Origin: an uncultured delta proteobacterium
GTDB taxonomy: Bacteria; Myxococcota_A; Polyangia; Polyangiales; Polyangiaceae
DNA length: 64,000 bases
Direction of reading: 5' to 3'
Assembly: GCA_963716725.1 (NCBI GenBank)
Contig: CAVQUB010000005.1
Coordinates: 640,001 to 704,000 of the forward strand
The position numbers and the translations under genes are program-made. Below are positions 18,771-27,181 of this stretch, in pieces. The notes beneath the pieces are model-generated. The model was given only the letters and a program-made list of their open reading frames with translations, made no database searches and had not been told where the DNA came from. Position 1 is the first letter of the stretch. Every line of letters begins with the position of its first letter.

Positions 18771-19370
18771 ATGAAGCGAGCTTGGCTGTTGGTTGCGGTC
18801 GTCGGGTGTACCGCGTGCGGCGGCGAGTCGTCGGACGACGGGTCCGGGGGAACGGGTGGCAGCGGCGCGACGGGTGGCAGCGGCGCGACGGGTGGCAGCG
18901 GCGCGACGGGTGGCAGCGGCGCGACGGGTGGCGGCGGCGCGACGGGCGGCACTGGCGCGACGGGCGGCACTGGCGCGACGGGCGGCACTGGCGCGACCGG
19001 CGGTGCTGGCGCGACGGGAGGCACTGGCGGAGCAGCTGCTGTCGACTGTGATCCGAGCACGGTGACCTGCAAGTCCATGATCCCCAATTGCGCGAAGGGC
19101 GAGGTGCCCTCGGTCAAAGACGCTTGCTGGGGGCCCTGCGTGCCGATCCTGAGCTGCGCCACGGTCAGCGACTGCTCCAAGTGCACGAAGGGCTTCTGCG
19201 CCGAGTACTCATCCTGGACTGCGCAGTATCGGTGTGTGATGCCTTCCCTCCAGTGCTCGGCGCTGGCCTGCTCGTGCCTCGCCGACTACTTCTGCGTCGC
19301 GCCCTTCGACTCGTGCTCGATCCCCGCGTCGGGTTCGGCGGCGGTTTCTTGCTCGTGTCCGTCCTGCTGA
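18771..19370 (+). CDS. Cys-rich lipoprotein with TGGxGA repeat linker
   Basis: MKRAWLLVAVVGCTAC signal; Gly-rich linker; Cys-rich C-terminal domain. Confidence 0.75.
   Translation: MKRAWLLVAVVGCTACGGESSDDGSGGTGGSGATGGSGATGGSGATGGSGATGGGGATGGTGATGGTGATGGTGATGGAGATGGTGGAAAVDCDPSTVTCKSMIPNCAKGEVPSVKDACWGPCVPILSCATVSDCSKCTKGFCAEYSSWTAQYRCVMPSLQCSALACSCLADYFCVAPFDSCSIPASGSAAVSCSCPSC
18852..19031 (+). repeat. Coding 18-bp tandem repeat x10 (TGG[S/G/T/A]G[A/G])
   Basis: Unit acgggtggcagcggcgcg and variants. Confidence 0.9.
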
Positions 19371-19431
19371 TCGCCGTCATCGCGCAATTCTTTCACGCGC
19401 ATTCCGGCCTCCGGCGAGGGAGGATGACGCC

Positions 19432-20802
19432 GTGATCGGAGTGCGGCGCTCGGCGGGAGGCTACCTGCTAGCCACGTGCGTTGCTGCGTCATCGGTGGCG
19501 CTCGCAGAGCCCGGTGACGACAGCTCCCAGGCGCCCGAGATCTCGGCGCGCACCGAGACGCACTTCCGCCTGTACCAACGCGCGCTCTTGCCGGGACCCT
19601 ACGGCGCAGTGGTCACCGAAGAGACGGCGGCGCCCATCGTCGAGTACGTGTCTGTCACTGCGCGCGACCTCGACGCACCCTGGCAGAAGCGAAGCTTGGA
19701 CGTCGAGCTCGACGCCTGGGGGAGCGCGACCTTTGGTGAGGCCGGCGCGGGCCGCCGCTTCGACGGTGAGGTGCAGCACGCCAGCGTGCGCCAGCGCATT
19801 GGACCTGCATGGTTCCGTCTCGGGCGGCAACACGTGGCGGGCGGCGCTGCGCGCTATGCACGCTTCGACGGTGTCGCCGTCGGCGGTCAGCTGCCCATTG
19901 GTTTCGGGATGGAAGGCTACGGCGGGTTCACCGTATTGCCGCGCTGGGCCGCGCGCCCCGGGTATCACCAGCTGGGTTCCGCTGCGGAATCCCTGTGGCG
20001 TGATCCCGCAGCGCTGCCCGAGCCCGATCGTGCGGAGCACTGGGTCGTCGGTGGCCGCGCCTTCTACGACTCGCGCAGCTTCGACTTCGGAGCATCGATC
20101 CACGAAGCGCGGGAGAGCGGCGGGCTCGCGCATCGGAGCCTGGCCACCGACTCACGCTTCCAGGCGTCGCAGAAGCTCTCGTTGGGCGGGGCCGCAGTGA
20201 TGGAACTCGACGCCAGGCGGGTCGCTGACGCGCGACTCTGGGGGAACTTCGCACCGCTGTCCGCCCTCGAGCTCGAACTCGAGGTACTTCACGCCGAGCC
20301 GGCGCTGTTTCTCTCGCGGCAGAGCGTGCTCAGCGCATTCTCGACGGAGGCCTATGGAGAGGTCGGCGGGAGCGCTCGCTGGAAGGTCTGGCGCGAGCTC
20401 ACGCTCACCGGCTCTGGCTTCGTCCAGATCCACGACAGTGAAGATGTGGGCCAGCGCAGCGAGATCGGAGCGCGCATTGCCCCCGGACGCGGCGACGGCA
20501 CGCTGGTCATGCTCTCGATGTCTCGGGTGAGCGCTCTGGACAACGGCTACGTGTCGATGCGCAACGCTTGGCGACAGCGCATCGATTCGAGGTTCCGCAC
20601 CACCATCGAGGCCTATCACTACCGCTACGACGAGCCCATCGCCGGCTACGAGACCTCGAGCGTCTACGCTGGGACGATCGAGTGGGTATTCACCCGTCGC
20701 GTGTCGGCGCTCTGGGGAGCGTCATTTGCGCATACTCCCTACGCAGCCGCCGACGCCCAGACTCAGCTCCGCCTACGCTACGCATCAGGAGGGCTCGAAT
20801 GA
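19432..20802 (+). CDS. Putative outer-membrane beta-barrel associated with multiheme cytochromes
   Basis: Signal peptide (ALA-EP), many alternating strands, terminal QLRLRY strand; overlaps the cytochrome start (ATGA). Confidence 0.65.
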   Translation: MIGVRRSAGGYLLATCVAASSVALAEPGDDSSQAPEISARTETHFRLYQRALLPGPYGAVVTEETAAPIVEYVSVTARDLDAPWQKRSLDVELDAWGSATFGEAGAGRRFDGEVQHASVRQRIGPAWFRLGRQHVAGGAARYARFDGVAVGGQLPIGFGMEGYGGFTVLPRWAARPGYHQLGSAAESLWRDPAALPEPDRAEHWVVGGRAFYDSRSFDFGASIHEARESGGLAHRSLATDSRFQASQKLSLGGAAVMELDARRVADARLWGNFAPLSALELELEVLHAEPALFLSRQSVLSAFSTEAYGEVGGSARWKVWRELTLTGSGFVQIHDSEDVGQRSEIGARIAPGRGDGTLVMLSMSRVSALDNGYVSMRNAWRQRIDSRFRTTIEAYHYRYDEPIAGYETSSVYAGTIEWVFTRRVSALWGASFAHTPYAAADAQTQLRLRYASGGLE

Positions 20803-21818
20803 GGGCCTCGCTGCTGCTCATTGCCTGCGCTACCGCCCTCGTGGCGGCCTGCGCCGAACCGGGGCCGGTCCGCTTTCCCCACGCGCAGCACGTCTCGGAG
20901 ATCAGCTGCGGTGGCCCCGGTCTCCCGGAGTGCCTGAGCTGCAACAGCTGCCACCGCCTCGCGACGACGCCAAAGCGGCCCTTCCCCGAGAAGCAGCTCT
21001 GCTCGCGCTGCCACCAGTCGACCGAGAAACTGTCCGTGACCCCGCCGACCGAGGTCCCGCAGCCGCTGGCCTACACCATCCGCTTCAACCACGAAAAGCA
21101 CCTGGCCATGCGCGAGGTCAAGGGACAGTGCGTGCCCTGTCACGCCGGAGCCACCGAGGCCCGATCGCCGCTATTTCCCGTGATGGAAAGCTGCTTCGAC
21201 TGTCACGAGCATCGCCAGCAGTGGGACCGGGCCGAGTGCGCGCCGTGCCACCTGCGCAAGGACGTCGAGCGGCTCCTCCCTCAGACCTTCGCGAAGCACG
21301 ATGCGGGCTTCCAACGCAATCACGGTCAAGCGGCGCGCCAGCAGCAGAAGCTCTGTCAGCAGTGCCACACGCAGCAACAGTGCGACGACTGCCACGACGT
21401 GACCCAGGACCTCTCCGTCGAGAAACGCCGCCCCGAGGCCATCGAGCGCAACTTCGTTCACCGCGGCAACTTCTTGTCTCGTCACTCCATAGAAGCGAAG
21501 TCGCAGCCCGCCACCTGCGCCCGCTGCCACACGCCCGCGAGCTGTGATGGTTGCCACTTGGAGCGTGGCGTGAGCGGCGGGGGGATCAACTCTCGCAACC
21601 CCCATCCGGGCGGCTGGATCACCGGCAGCCCCAGCGCGCACGGTCGTGACGCCCGCCGCGACATCTTGAGCTGCGCGGGCTGTCACGACCAAGGGCCGGC
21701 GACCAACTGCATCCGCTGCCACAAGGTCGGCGCCTACGGCGGCAATCCGCATCCCAAGGGATGGAAGAGCGCCCGCTCCGAGTCCTCCACCATGTGCAGG
21801 TACTGCCATGCGAATTGA
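20799..21818 (+). CDS. Dodecaheme c-type cytochrome lipoprotein (c3/c7-like)
   Basis: Lipobox VAAC; 12 CxxCH; FPHAQH and FNHEKH c7-like motifs. Confidence 0.9.
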   Translation: MRASLLLIACATALVAACAEPGPVRFPHAQHVSEISCGGPGLPECLSCNSCHRLATTPKRPFPEKQLCSRCHQSTEKLSVTPPTEVPQPLAYTIRFNHEKHLAMREVKGQCVPCHAGATEARSPLFPVMESCFDCHEHRQQWDRAECAPCHLRKDVERLLPQTFAKHDAGFQRNHGQAARQQQKLCQQCHTQQQCDDCHDVTQDLSVEKRRPEAIERNFVHRGNFLSRHSIEAKSQPATCARCHTPASCDGCHLERGVSGGGINSRNPHPGGWITGSPSAHGRDARRDILSCAGCHDQGPATNCIRCHKVGAYGGNPHPKGWKSARSESSTMCRYCHAN

Positions 21819-23457
21819 CGCGAAGTGGTCGCTGCTCTTCGGGGGTGTCGGCTTGCTGGGTGCCGCGCTCTTTCCGGGCTGCCAAAGCGAGCGCGGGGCG
21901 GCGGACGGTGCTCGCGGATTGGCCTGCACCTCCTGTCACGGAGACGCCTCGCGCCCCGGCAGCGTGCTCGAGCGCGCCGCGCCGCCGCGGGACCTGTCGG
22001 GCAGCTCCGATCCGCAGCGTGCGGGCGTTGGCGCGCACGAAATTCACCTGCGCGCTGGCGCGACCCACGGCCCTGTCGCCTGCGCCGAGTGTCACGTCGT
22101 GCCAAAGTTCACCGGCGACCAAGGGCACGCCGACGACGCGCTCCCCGCTGAGTTGGTATTCGGAGCGCTGGCCAAACAGGGCGGCAGGGCGCCGACTTAC
22201 GACGCGGTCAGCGGCGGTTGCAGCGATTCGTACTGTCACCGCGCCGCGGATATCAAATGGACCGCGCCGCGCCCCTCCGACGCGGCTTGCGGCAGCTGCC
22301 ACGGGCTTCCGCCCCCGGCGCCGCATCCCCAGAGCGCGAGCTGTCACAGCTGCCACGGCGACGTGATCGGTGAAGACGGCTTCGTCGACGCCGCACTGCA
22401 CGTCAACGGCAAGGTCGATCTCGGCGAGTTCGGCTGCGACGCTTGTCATGGCAGCAGCGGCGATCCCGCTCCGCCCCGAGATCTCGCTGGCAACACCAGC
22501 GTGACGTCACTCGGAGTTGGGGCCCACCGGGTTCACCTCTCGGGCGGAGCCGCAAGCCGCCCGGTGGCATGCGCGGAGTGCCATCAGGTCCCCGCCAAGC
22601 TCGACGCATCTGGTCACACTGACTCCGACCTGCCGGCGGAGCTGAGCTTCTCCGGTGTTTCCCAGGCTCAGCAACGAAAGCCCAGCTGGGATCGGCAGAC
22701 GCGCCGCTGTAGCGACTCGTGGTGTCACTCGCCATCGGCGCCCGGGCCATCGGCAGAATGGACCAGCGACGCAGGTCGCTTGCCCTGCACCGGGTGTCAC
22801 GGCAGCCCGCCGCCAGCGCCCCATGTTCAGATGGCGGCCTGCGCGCGCTGTCACGGGGACGTCGTCGGCGACGATCACGTGAGCATCAAGGACCGCAACA
22901 AGCACATCGACGGCATCGTCGATGCGGTCGTGCCGGTCACCTGCAACGGGTGCCACGGTGGCATCAACGATGCCCCGCCCAGCGACCTGGCCGGAAACTC
23001 ATCGACCACGTCACCCGGCGTCGGCGCGCACCAGGCCCACGTGGCCGGCACCGGTCGGGCTCGCGCGGTGCCTTGTGCGGAGTGTCATGTCGTGCCCGCC
23101 GCAGTGGCCGATCCAGGTCATCTCGACAGCCAGGGCTCCGCGGAGGTCCTCTTCGGGGGAGTCGCGAAGACGGCCGGCGCCGAGCCCGGCTACGTCTTCG
23201 GAAGCTGCCAGAAGAGCTATTGCCACGGAGCTAGCTTTCCCGGCGGCGCTCCCTCGGGGGGCAAACACACCTCGCCCAAGTGGACGGTCGTCGATGGTTC
23301 CCAGACCGGATGCGATGGCTGCCACGCGCTGCCGCCGCCGGCGCCGCACACCTCGTCGACCGCGTGTTGGTTCTGTCACAAGAACGTGGACTCGACCCTG
23401 AAGTTCCTGTTCCCGAACACCCACGTCGACGGCGTCGTGACCACTGTCGTGCCCTGA
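21808..23457 (+). CDS. Multiheme cytochrome c with Geobacter-type CxxxxCH...CxxCH repeats (15 heme motifs)
   Basis: Lipobox-like FPGC; 12 CxxCH + 3 Cx4CH (CSDSYCH, CSDSWCH, CQKSYCH) in three ~170-aa repeats. Confidence 0.9.
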   Translation: MRIDAKWSLLFGGVGLLGAALFPGCQSERGAADGARGLACTSCHGDASRPGSVLERAAPPRDLSGSSDPQRAGVGAHEIHLRAGATHGPVACAECHVVPKFTGDQGHADDALPAELVFGALAKQGGRAPTYDAVSGGCSDSYCHRAADIKWTAPRPSDAACGSCHGLPPPAPHPQSASCHSCHGDVIGEDGFVDAALHVNGKVDLGEFGCDACHGSSGDPAPPRDLAGNTSVTSLGVGAHRVHLSGGAASRPVACAECHQVPAKLDASGHTDSDLPAELSFSGVSQAQQRKPSWDRQTRRCSDSWCHSPSAPGPSAEWTSDAGRLPCTGCHGSPPPAPHVQMAACARCHGDVVGDDHVSIKDRNKHIDGIVDAVVPVTCNGCHGGINDAPPSDLAGNSSTTSPGVGAHQAHVAGTGRARAVPCAECHVVPAAVADPGHLDSQGSAEVLFGGVAKTAGAEPGYVFGSCQKSYCHGASFPGGAPSGGKHTSPKWTVVDGSQTGCDGCHALPPPAPHTSSTACWFCHKNVDSTLKFLFPNTHVDGVVTTVVP

Positions 23458-23467
23458 CCGAGGCGGG

Positions 23468-24301
23468 CTATTTCACGACCACTGCGTCTTCGAGCAGAGC
23501 GTCGTAGCGGTATCCGGCGCCGAGATCTTTGTCGAGCACCAGGGTCCCTTCGAAGGTGACCGTCTGGTCGCGCGCGACCTCCTCTGCGGTGGTCACCGTC
23601 AAGTCGTGGTCCTTCGTCTGCTCGCTGCCCGTGCCGTCCTGCAGGTGCAGGAAGTTCTTGCCCAAGATACCGCTGGTCACCTTGACCACTCGGCCGCGCA
23701 CGCGGATCTTCTTGGCGGAGAGGGCCTGCTTTTCAGCGAAGACCTCGGCGATGGTGCGCGCGTTCGGTCCCGTCGCCTTGCCGACCGGGCCGACGGCGCT
23801 CGGCCCGGCGCTCGCGGCAGACGGAGGGTGCCCGGGGGGCAATGCGCCGGCGGTTGGCGCGTGTCCGGGGGGCAATGCGCCGGCGGTTGGCGCGTGTCCG
23901 GGGGGCAATGCGCCGGCGCTCTCGCCGGTTGCCAACGAGCCAAAGTGGATGCTGTCGAAGCTTCGCTTCAGCGTCTTGCTCTCGAAGTTGTTCATGACGG
24001 TCTCGGAGCGCACGCTCACCCGCTCGCCCACCTTCACGCCGGCCGTCGCGACCGCGGTCCACGTCCCTTCCGAACCCGCTTCACCGACCCGGATGTAGGT
24101 GTATCCCGGGACGTCGTGGACCTCGAGGGCGGCCCCTTCGACCAGTCCGGCTGCCGGCGACTCCGCCGTGGGGGACGGCAGGGGAGGCGCGCTCGATGCC
24201 ATTGGCTCGGCCCGCGGACGCTCGCGGCTGAAGCTGCCGCCAAACATGGCCACGACGCCGGCCGCAACGATGACCCCACCGAGCAAGTAACCCATCTTCA
24301 T
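23468..24301 (-). CDS. NrfJ-like double OB-fold membrane-anchored protein
   Basis: N-terminal TM; EVHDVPGYTYIRV...WTAV, FESKTLKRSFDSIHFG; LPPGH linker repeats; GKNFLHLQDG...DKDLGAGYRY. Confidence 0.7.
   Translation of the reverse strand: MKMGYLLGGVIVAAGVVAMFGGSFSRERPRAEPMASSAPPLPSPTAESPAAGLVEGAALEVHDVPGYTYIRVGEAGSEGTWTAVATAGVKVGERVSVRSETVMNNFESKTLKRSFDSIHFGSLATGESAGALPPGHAPTAGALPPGHAPTAGALPPGHPPSAASAGPSAVGPVGKATGPNARTIAEVFAEKQALSAKKIRVRGRVVKVTSGILGKNFLHLQDGTGSEQTKDHDLTVTTAEEVARDQTVTFEGTLVLDKDLGAGYRYDALLEDAVVVK
23829..23918 (-). repeat. Coding 33-bp repeat (~3 x AGALPPGHAPT)
   Basis: ccggggggcaatgcgccggcg recurs three times. Confidence 0.85.
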
Positions 24302-24317
24302 TTGGAACGGACCTTTC

Positions 24318-26072
24318 TCAGTCTCCGGCTTTGAACAGGTGGCAGCCGCTGCAGCGATTCGCTTCGGGATGATGCTTCTGTAGGTTGGTGTGACACGCAG
24401 CGCACGCGGCGCGTTCGGGTCGATCGTCCCCGTGGCCGGTATGGCACTTGATGCATTCCCGGTGGTTGGGATCGAGGTGCAGCCCGGCGAGCGTATTGGT
24501 CTGGTGGCAAGCGGTGCAACTTGGAGGCTTGGCGACCCCGCCGGGGCCGTGGGCGCGGTGGCACTTGGCGCAGCCGCCATCGACCCGGGCGTGAGGAGTC
24601 TTTTCTGCGGCCTGGTGGCAGCGAGCGCAACCCCCCGGAGTCGTCTGGCCCGTGTGTGGTTCATGGCACGTCGAGCACTGCTTGTGTCCGCCGGGGGCGC
24701 TCTGGTGTTCCTTGGCGTGGCAGCTGTCGCAGCGCTTCTGTACGCCCGCGCTGTGGGGATCGTGGCAGCGTTGACAGCCGGCGTGCCCCCGATTGACCTG
24801 AGCCGCTTGCCGCTCGTGGCAGGTCTTGCAGGTCTGCACTGCGAAGGGTTTGTGCGGAAGGCCAGCGTGGCACTCGCCACACTTGCGGTGGCCTTTGCTC
24901 TGGGCCGCCAGGGTCACCTCTTGTCCGTGGCAGCGCGCGCAAGTGGCCGTGTTGTCCTTGGCCAACCCAAACTGGTGAGGTGTGTGGCAGCCCACGCAGG
25001 GCACTGTCTTGGCGTGGAATCCCTTGTCGCCAGCCGCGTCCGTGTGGCAGCTCGAGCAGGGTCGCGGTCGGGCAGCGGCGGCGTTGCCGGGGTGCGGATC
25101 GTGGCACGAGGTGCAGGCCGACGCCTTGCCCTTTGCTCGAGGGTGGTCCGTCTTGCCCGCGCCGTGACAAGCGACACACGCGCCGCTGGGATCGGCCTTC
25201 ACGTCATGCGGGCGATGACACGAGTTGCATTGAGCATGGGCCGCGATGCGCCCGCCGCCCAAGACCGGTCGGTCTTCGTGACACGAACGGCAGCTCACCA
25301 CGTTTTCGGGACGGAAGTCGTGGGGCCGATGACACCCGGTGCATTTCTCGTGTCCTTCGACGAAGAGCGCGGTCGCCGGCACGATGGGTTTCTGCTCGGC
25401 GTGGCAACCGGCGCAGCTGAGGTTGGCGGCCTTGCCCGGCGCGTGCTGCGAGGCGTGGCAGGTGGTGCATACCTGCTCCGGCGACTTGCCTTCGGTGGCG
25501 TGGGTGGCGTTCACACCGCTGTGGCAGGTCGGGCAGCTCGTCTGTTCGACGGGCGGCTTTGCGTGGGGCTGATGACAGGTCTGGCACGCCTGAGAGCGGT
25601 GCACGACCACCGCCGGAACGTCGCCTTCGGGGTGCTCGCTGTGGCAGCGCTGACAATCCCAGGCCCCCGGGGCCGCCTTCGGGTCGAGCTCGGGCTTCTG
25701 ACTGAAGGCGTGGCAGTCCAGGCAGCTCGCGCCCGCGGTCGGGCCATGGAGCTTGCGGGCGTTCTCGGCGCCGTGCACGATCTCGGCTTCGCCTTGGTGG
25801 CACTCCGTGCATCGCTCCTGAGGGACCGGGCCGAGCACACCCTGATCGAGCTCGTGGCACTTGCTGCACTCGATCTTGCGCTTGCCGACGTGGGTCTCGT
25901 GGCTGCGCACCTTCCGAGCGTCGGCCCATTCGACCGGGATCCTCACGCCCGCGTTGGTGGCTGGGCCTTCATCGCCGCAGGCTGCGAGCAGCAGACCGAC
26001 GATCGTCGCCAAGACGGCGACGAGCCCGCGACGTGCAAGGTCTGCGCGTGCCTTGGGGCGATTCGAGGTCAT
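24318..26072 (-). CDS. 27-heme c-type cytochrome lipoprotein
   Basis: Lipobox LAAC; 27 CxxCH counted, many as paired CxxCHxPH...CxxCH modules. Start MTSNRP (26072) assumed. Confidence 0.9.
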   Translation of the reverse strand: MTSNRPKARADLARRGLVAVLATIVGLLLAACGDEGPATNAGVRIPVEWADARKVRSHETHVGKRKIECSKCHELDQGVLGPVPQERCTECHQGEAEIVHGAENARKLHGPTAGASCLDCHAFSQKPELDPKAAPGAWDCQRCHSEHPEGDVPAVVVHRSQACQTCHQPHAKPPVEQTSCPTCHSGVNATHATEGKSPEQVCTTCHASQHAPGKAANLSCAGCHAEQKPIVPATALFVEGHEKCTGCHRPHDFRPENVVSCRSCHEDRPVLGGGRIAAHAQCNSCHRPHDVKADPSGACVACHGAGKTDHPRAKGKASACTSCHDPHPGNAAAARPRPCSSCHTDAAGDKGFHAKTVPCVGCHTPHQFGLAKDNTATCARCHGQEVTLAAQSKGHRKCGECHAGLPHKPFAVQTCKTCHERQAAQVNRGHAGCQRCHDPHSAGVQKRCDSCHAKEHQSAPGGHKQCSTCHEPHTGQTTPGGCARCHQAAEKTPHARVDGGCAKCHRAHGPGGVAKPPSCTACHQTNTLAGLHLDPNHRECIKCHTGHGDDRPERAACAACHTNLQKHHPEANRCSGCHLFKAGD

Positions 26073-26128
26073 GACGCGCACGATAGATTGCCTCACGCGA
26101 GCCGAGATGACAAAGAGGACGTGGCACC

Positions 26129-26854
26129 GTGCTGTCACACGTCACCCCCGCCGGTTGGTTCTGTTTGGTGGCCGCAGCTGCGTCCGCCGCCATCGTCATC
26201 TGGTACTTGGTCAAAGAGCCACCGCTCTTTCTCAGGACCAAGCTCACGCTCTTGTTCGGAGTCGGCGCGCTGCCGGCGGCGGTGGCGGTGAGCTCCACCA
26301 CCATCGGGATGCAAGAGACGACCGAGCGCAGGTTTTGCGGCTCGTGCCACGTGATGCAGAGACACACCTGGAACTCGGAGCAGCCGGAGAGCATGTCGCT
26401 GGCCGCGCGGCATGCGCGAAATCCGTTTTTCGGTGATCGCAACTGCTACGTCTGCCACGCCGACTACGGGATGCTCGGTTATCCGTTGACCAAGATGAAC
26501 GGCATGAAGCACGTCTGGCACTACTACTTCGGCGGATACAAGGACAAGTCGCTCGAAGCAGCCGTTGACGAGATCGACCTCTACAAACCCTACGACAATT
26601 TGAACTGCCGGCAGTGCCACTCCGGCACGCTCGTACACTTCAAGAGCATCGCCGATCATCAATCGCTCGAGACCGAGCTCGCGAACAACCGAGTGAGCTG
26701 CACCAGCGGTGGCTGTCACGGCTTCGCCCATCCCTTCAGCAAGTTCGGCAAGAAGGCGCCCAAGCCGAACGACGTGAAGGCAGCCCACTCGGCCGCGAAC
26801 AGCGCGGCGCCGGTCGGCTCCGCGGCGCCGGCTGCGTCCGGAGGCGCTCCGTGA
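26129..26854 (+). CDS. NapC/NirT/CymA-like membrane tetraheme cytochrome c
   Basis: Two N-terminal TM helices; TERRFCGSCHVM, CYVCH, NCRQCH and variant CTSGGCH. Confidence 0.8.
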   Translation: MLSHVTPAGWFCLVAAAASAAIVIWYLVKEPPLFLRTKLTLLFGVGALPAAVAVSSTTIGMQETTERRFCGSCHVMQRHTWNSEQPESMSLAARHARNPFFGDRNCYVCHADYGMLGYPLTKMNGMKHVWHYYFGGYKDKSLEAAVDEIDLYKPYDNLNCRQCHSGTLVHFKSIADHQSLETELANNRVSCTSGGCHGFAHPFSKFGKKAPKPNDVKAAHSAANSAAPVGSAAPAASGGAP

Positions 26855-27130
26855 GCATCCGGTCCACGGTTGCCCGGCTGCCGCAGCGCTTGCTGCTCCG
26901 CACAGCCTGTTACCTCGTGCTCGCAGCGCTGTTGGTGATGTGCGCTTCGATTCTTGGTTCCCAAGCCAGTCGCGGTCATCGCGGCCATGAGCGTCGGGCA
27001 CGTCTTGGGCGCCCTCGGCGTCGCGTGTTTTGGACTCGGGGTATTGGTCGAGATGGCAACCCGGCCCGGGGCGCCGACCTCCGTCCGGCCGCCGACCGTG
27101 ACCGCGGACCCGGACGAAGACCACGACTGA
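26851..27130 (+). pseudogene. Small membrane protein gene with an apparent one-base insertion
   Basis: GTGA overlap with the napC-like gene. VSIRS...VMCASIL continues, after removing one base near 26955, as VPKPVAVIAAMSVGHVLGALGVACFGLGVLVEM...DHD*. Confidence 0.55.
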
Positions 27131-27181
27131 GAGCCGGCTGCCGCCCCTCGCCGAAGCGACGCCGGTCCCCATCGCCACCCG

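Noticed and set aside
19432..23457. Naming these genes mtrB/mtrA/mtrC
   Set aside because: Barrel length, heme counts and Cx4CH repeats do not fit Mtr proteins.
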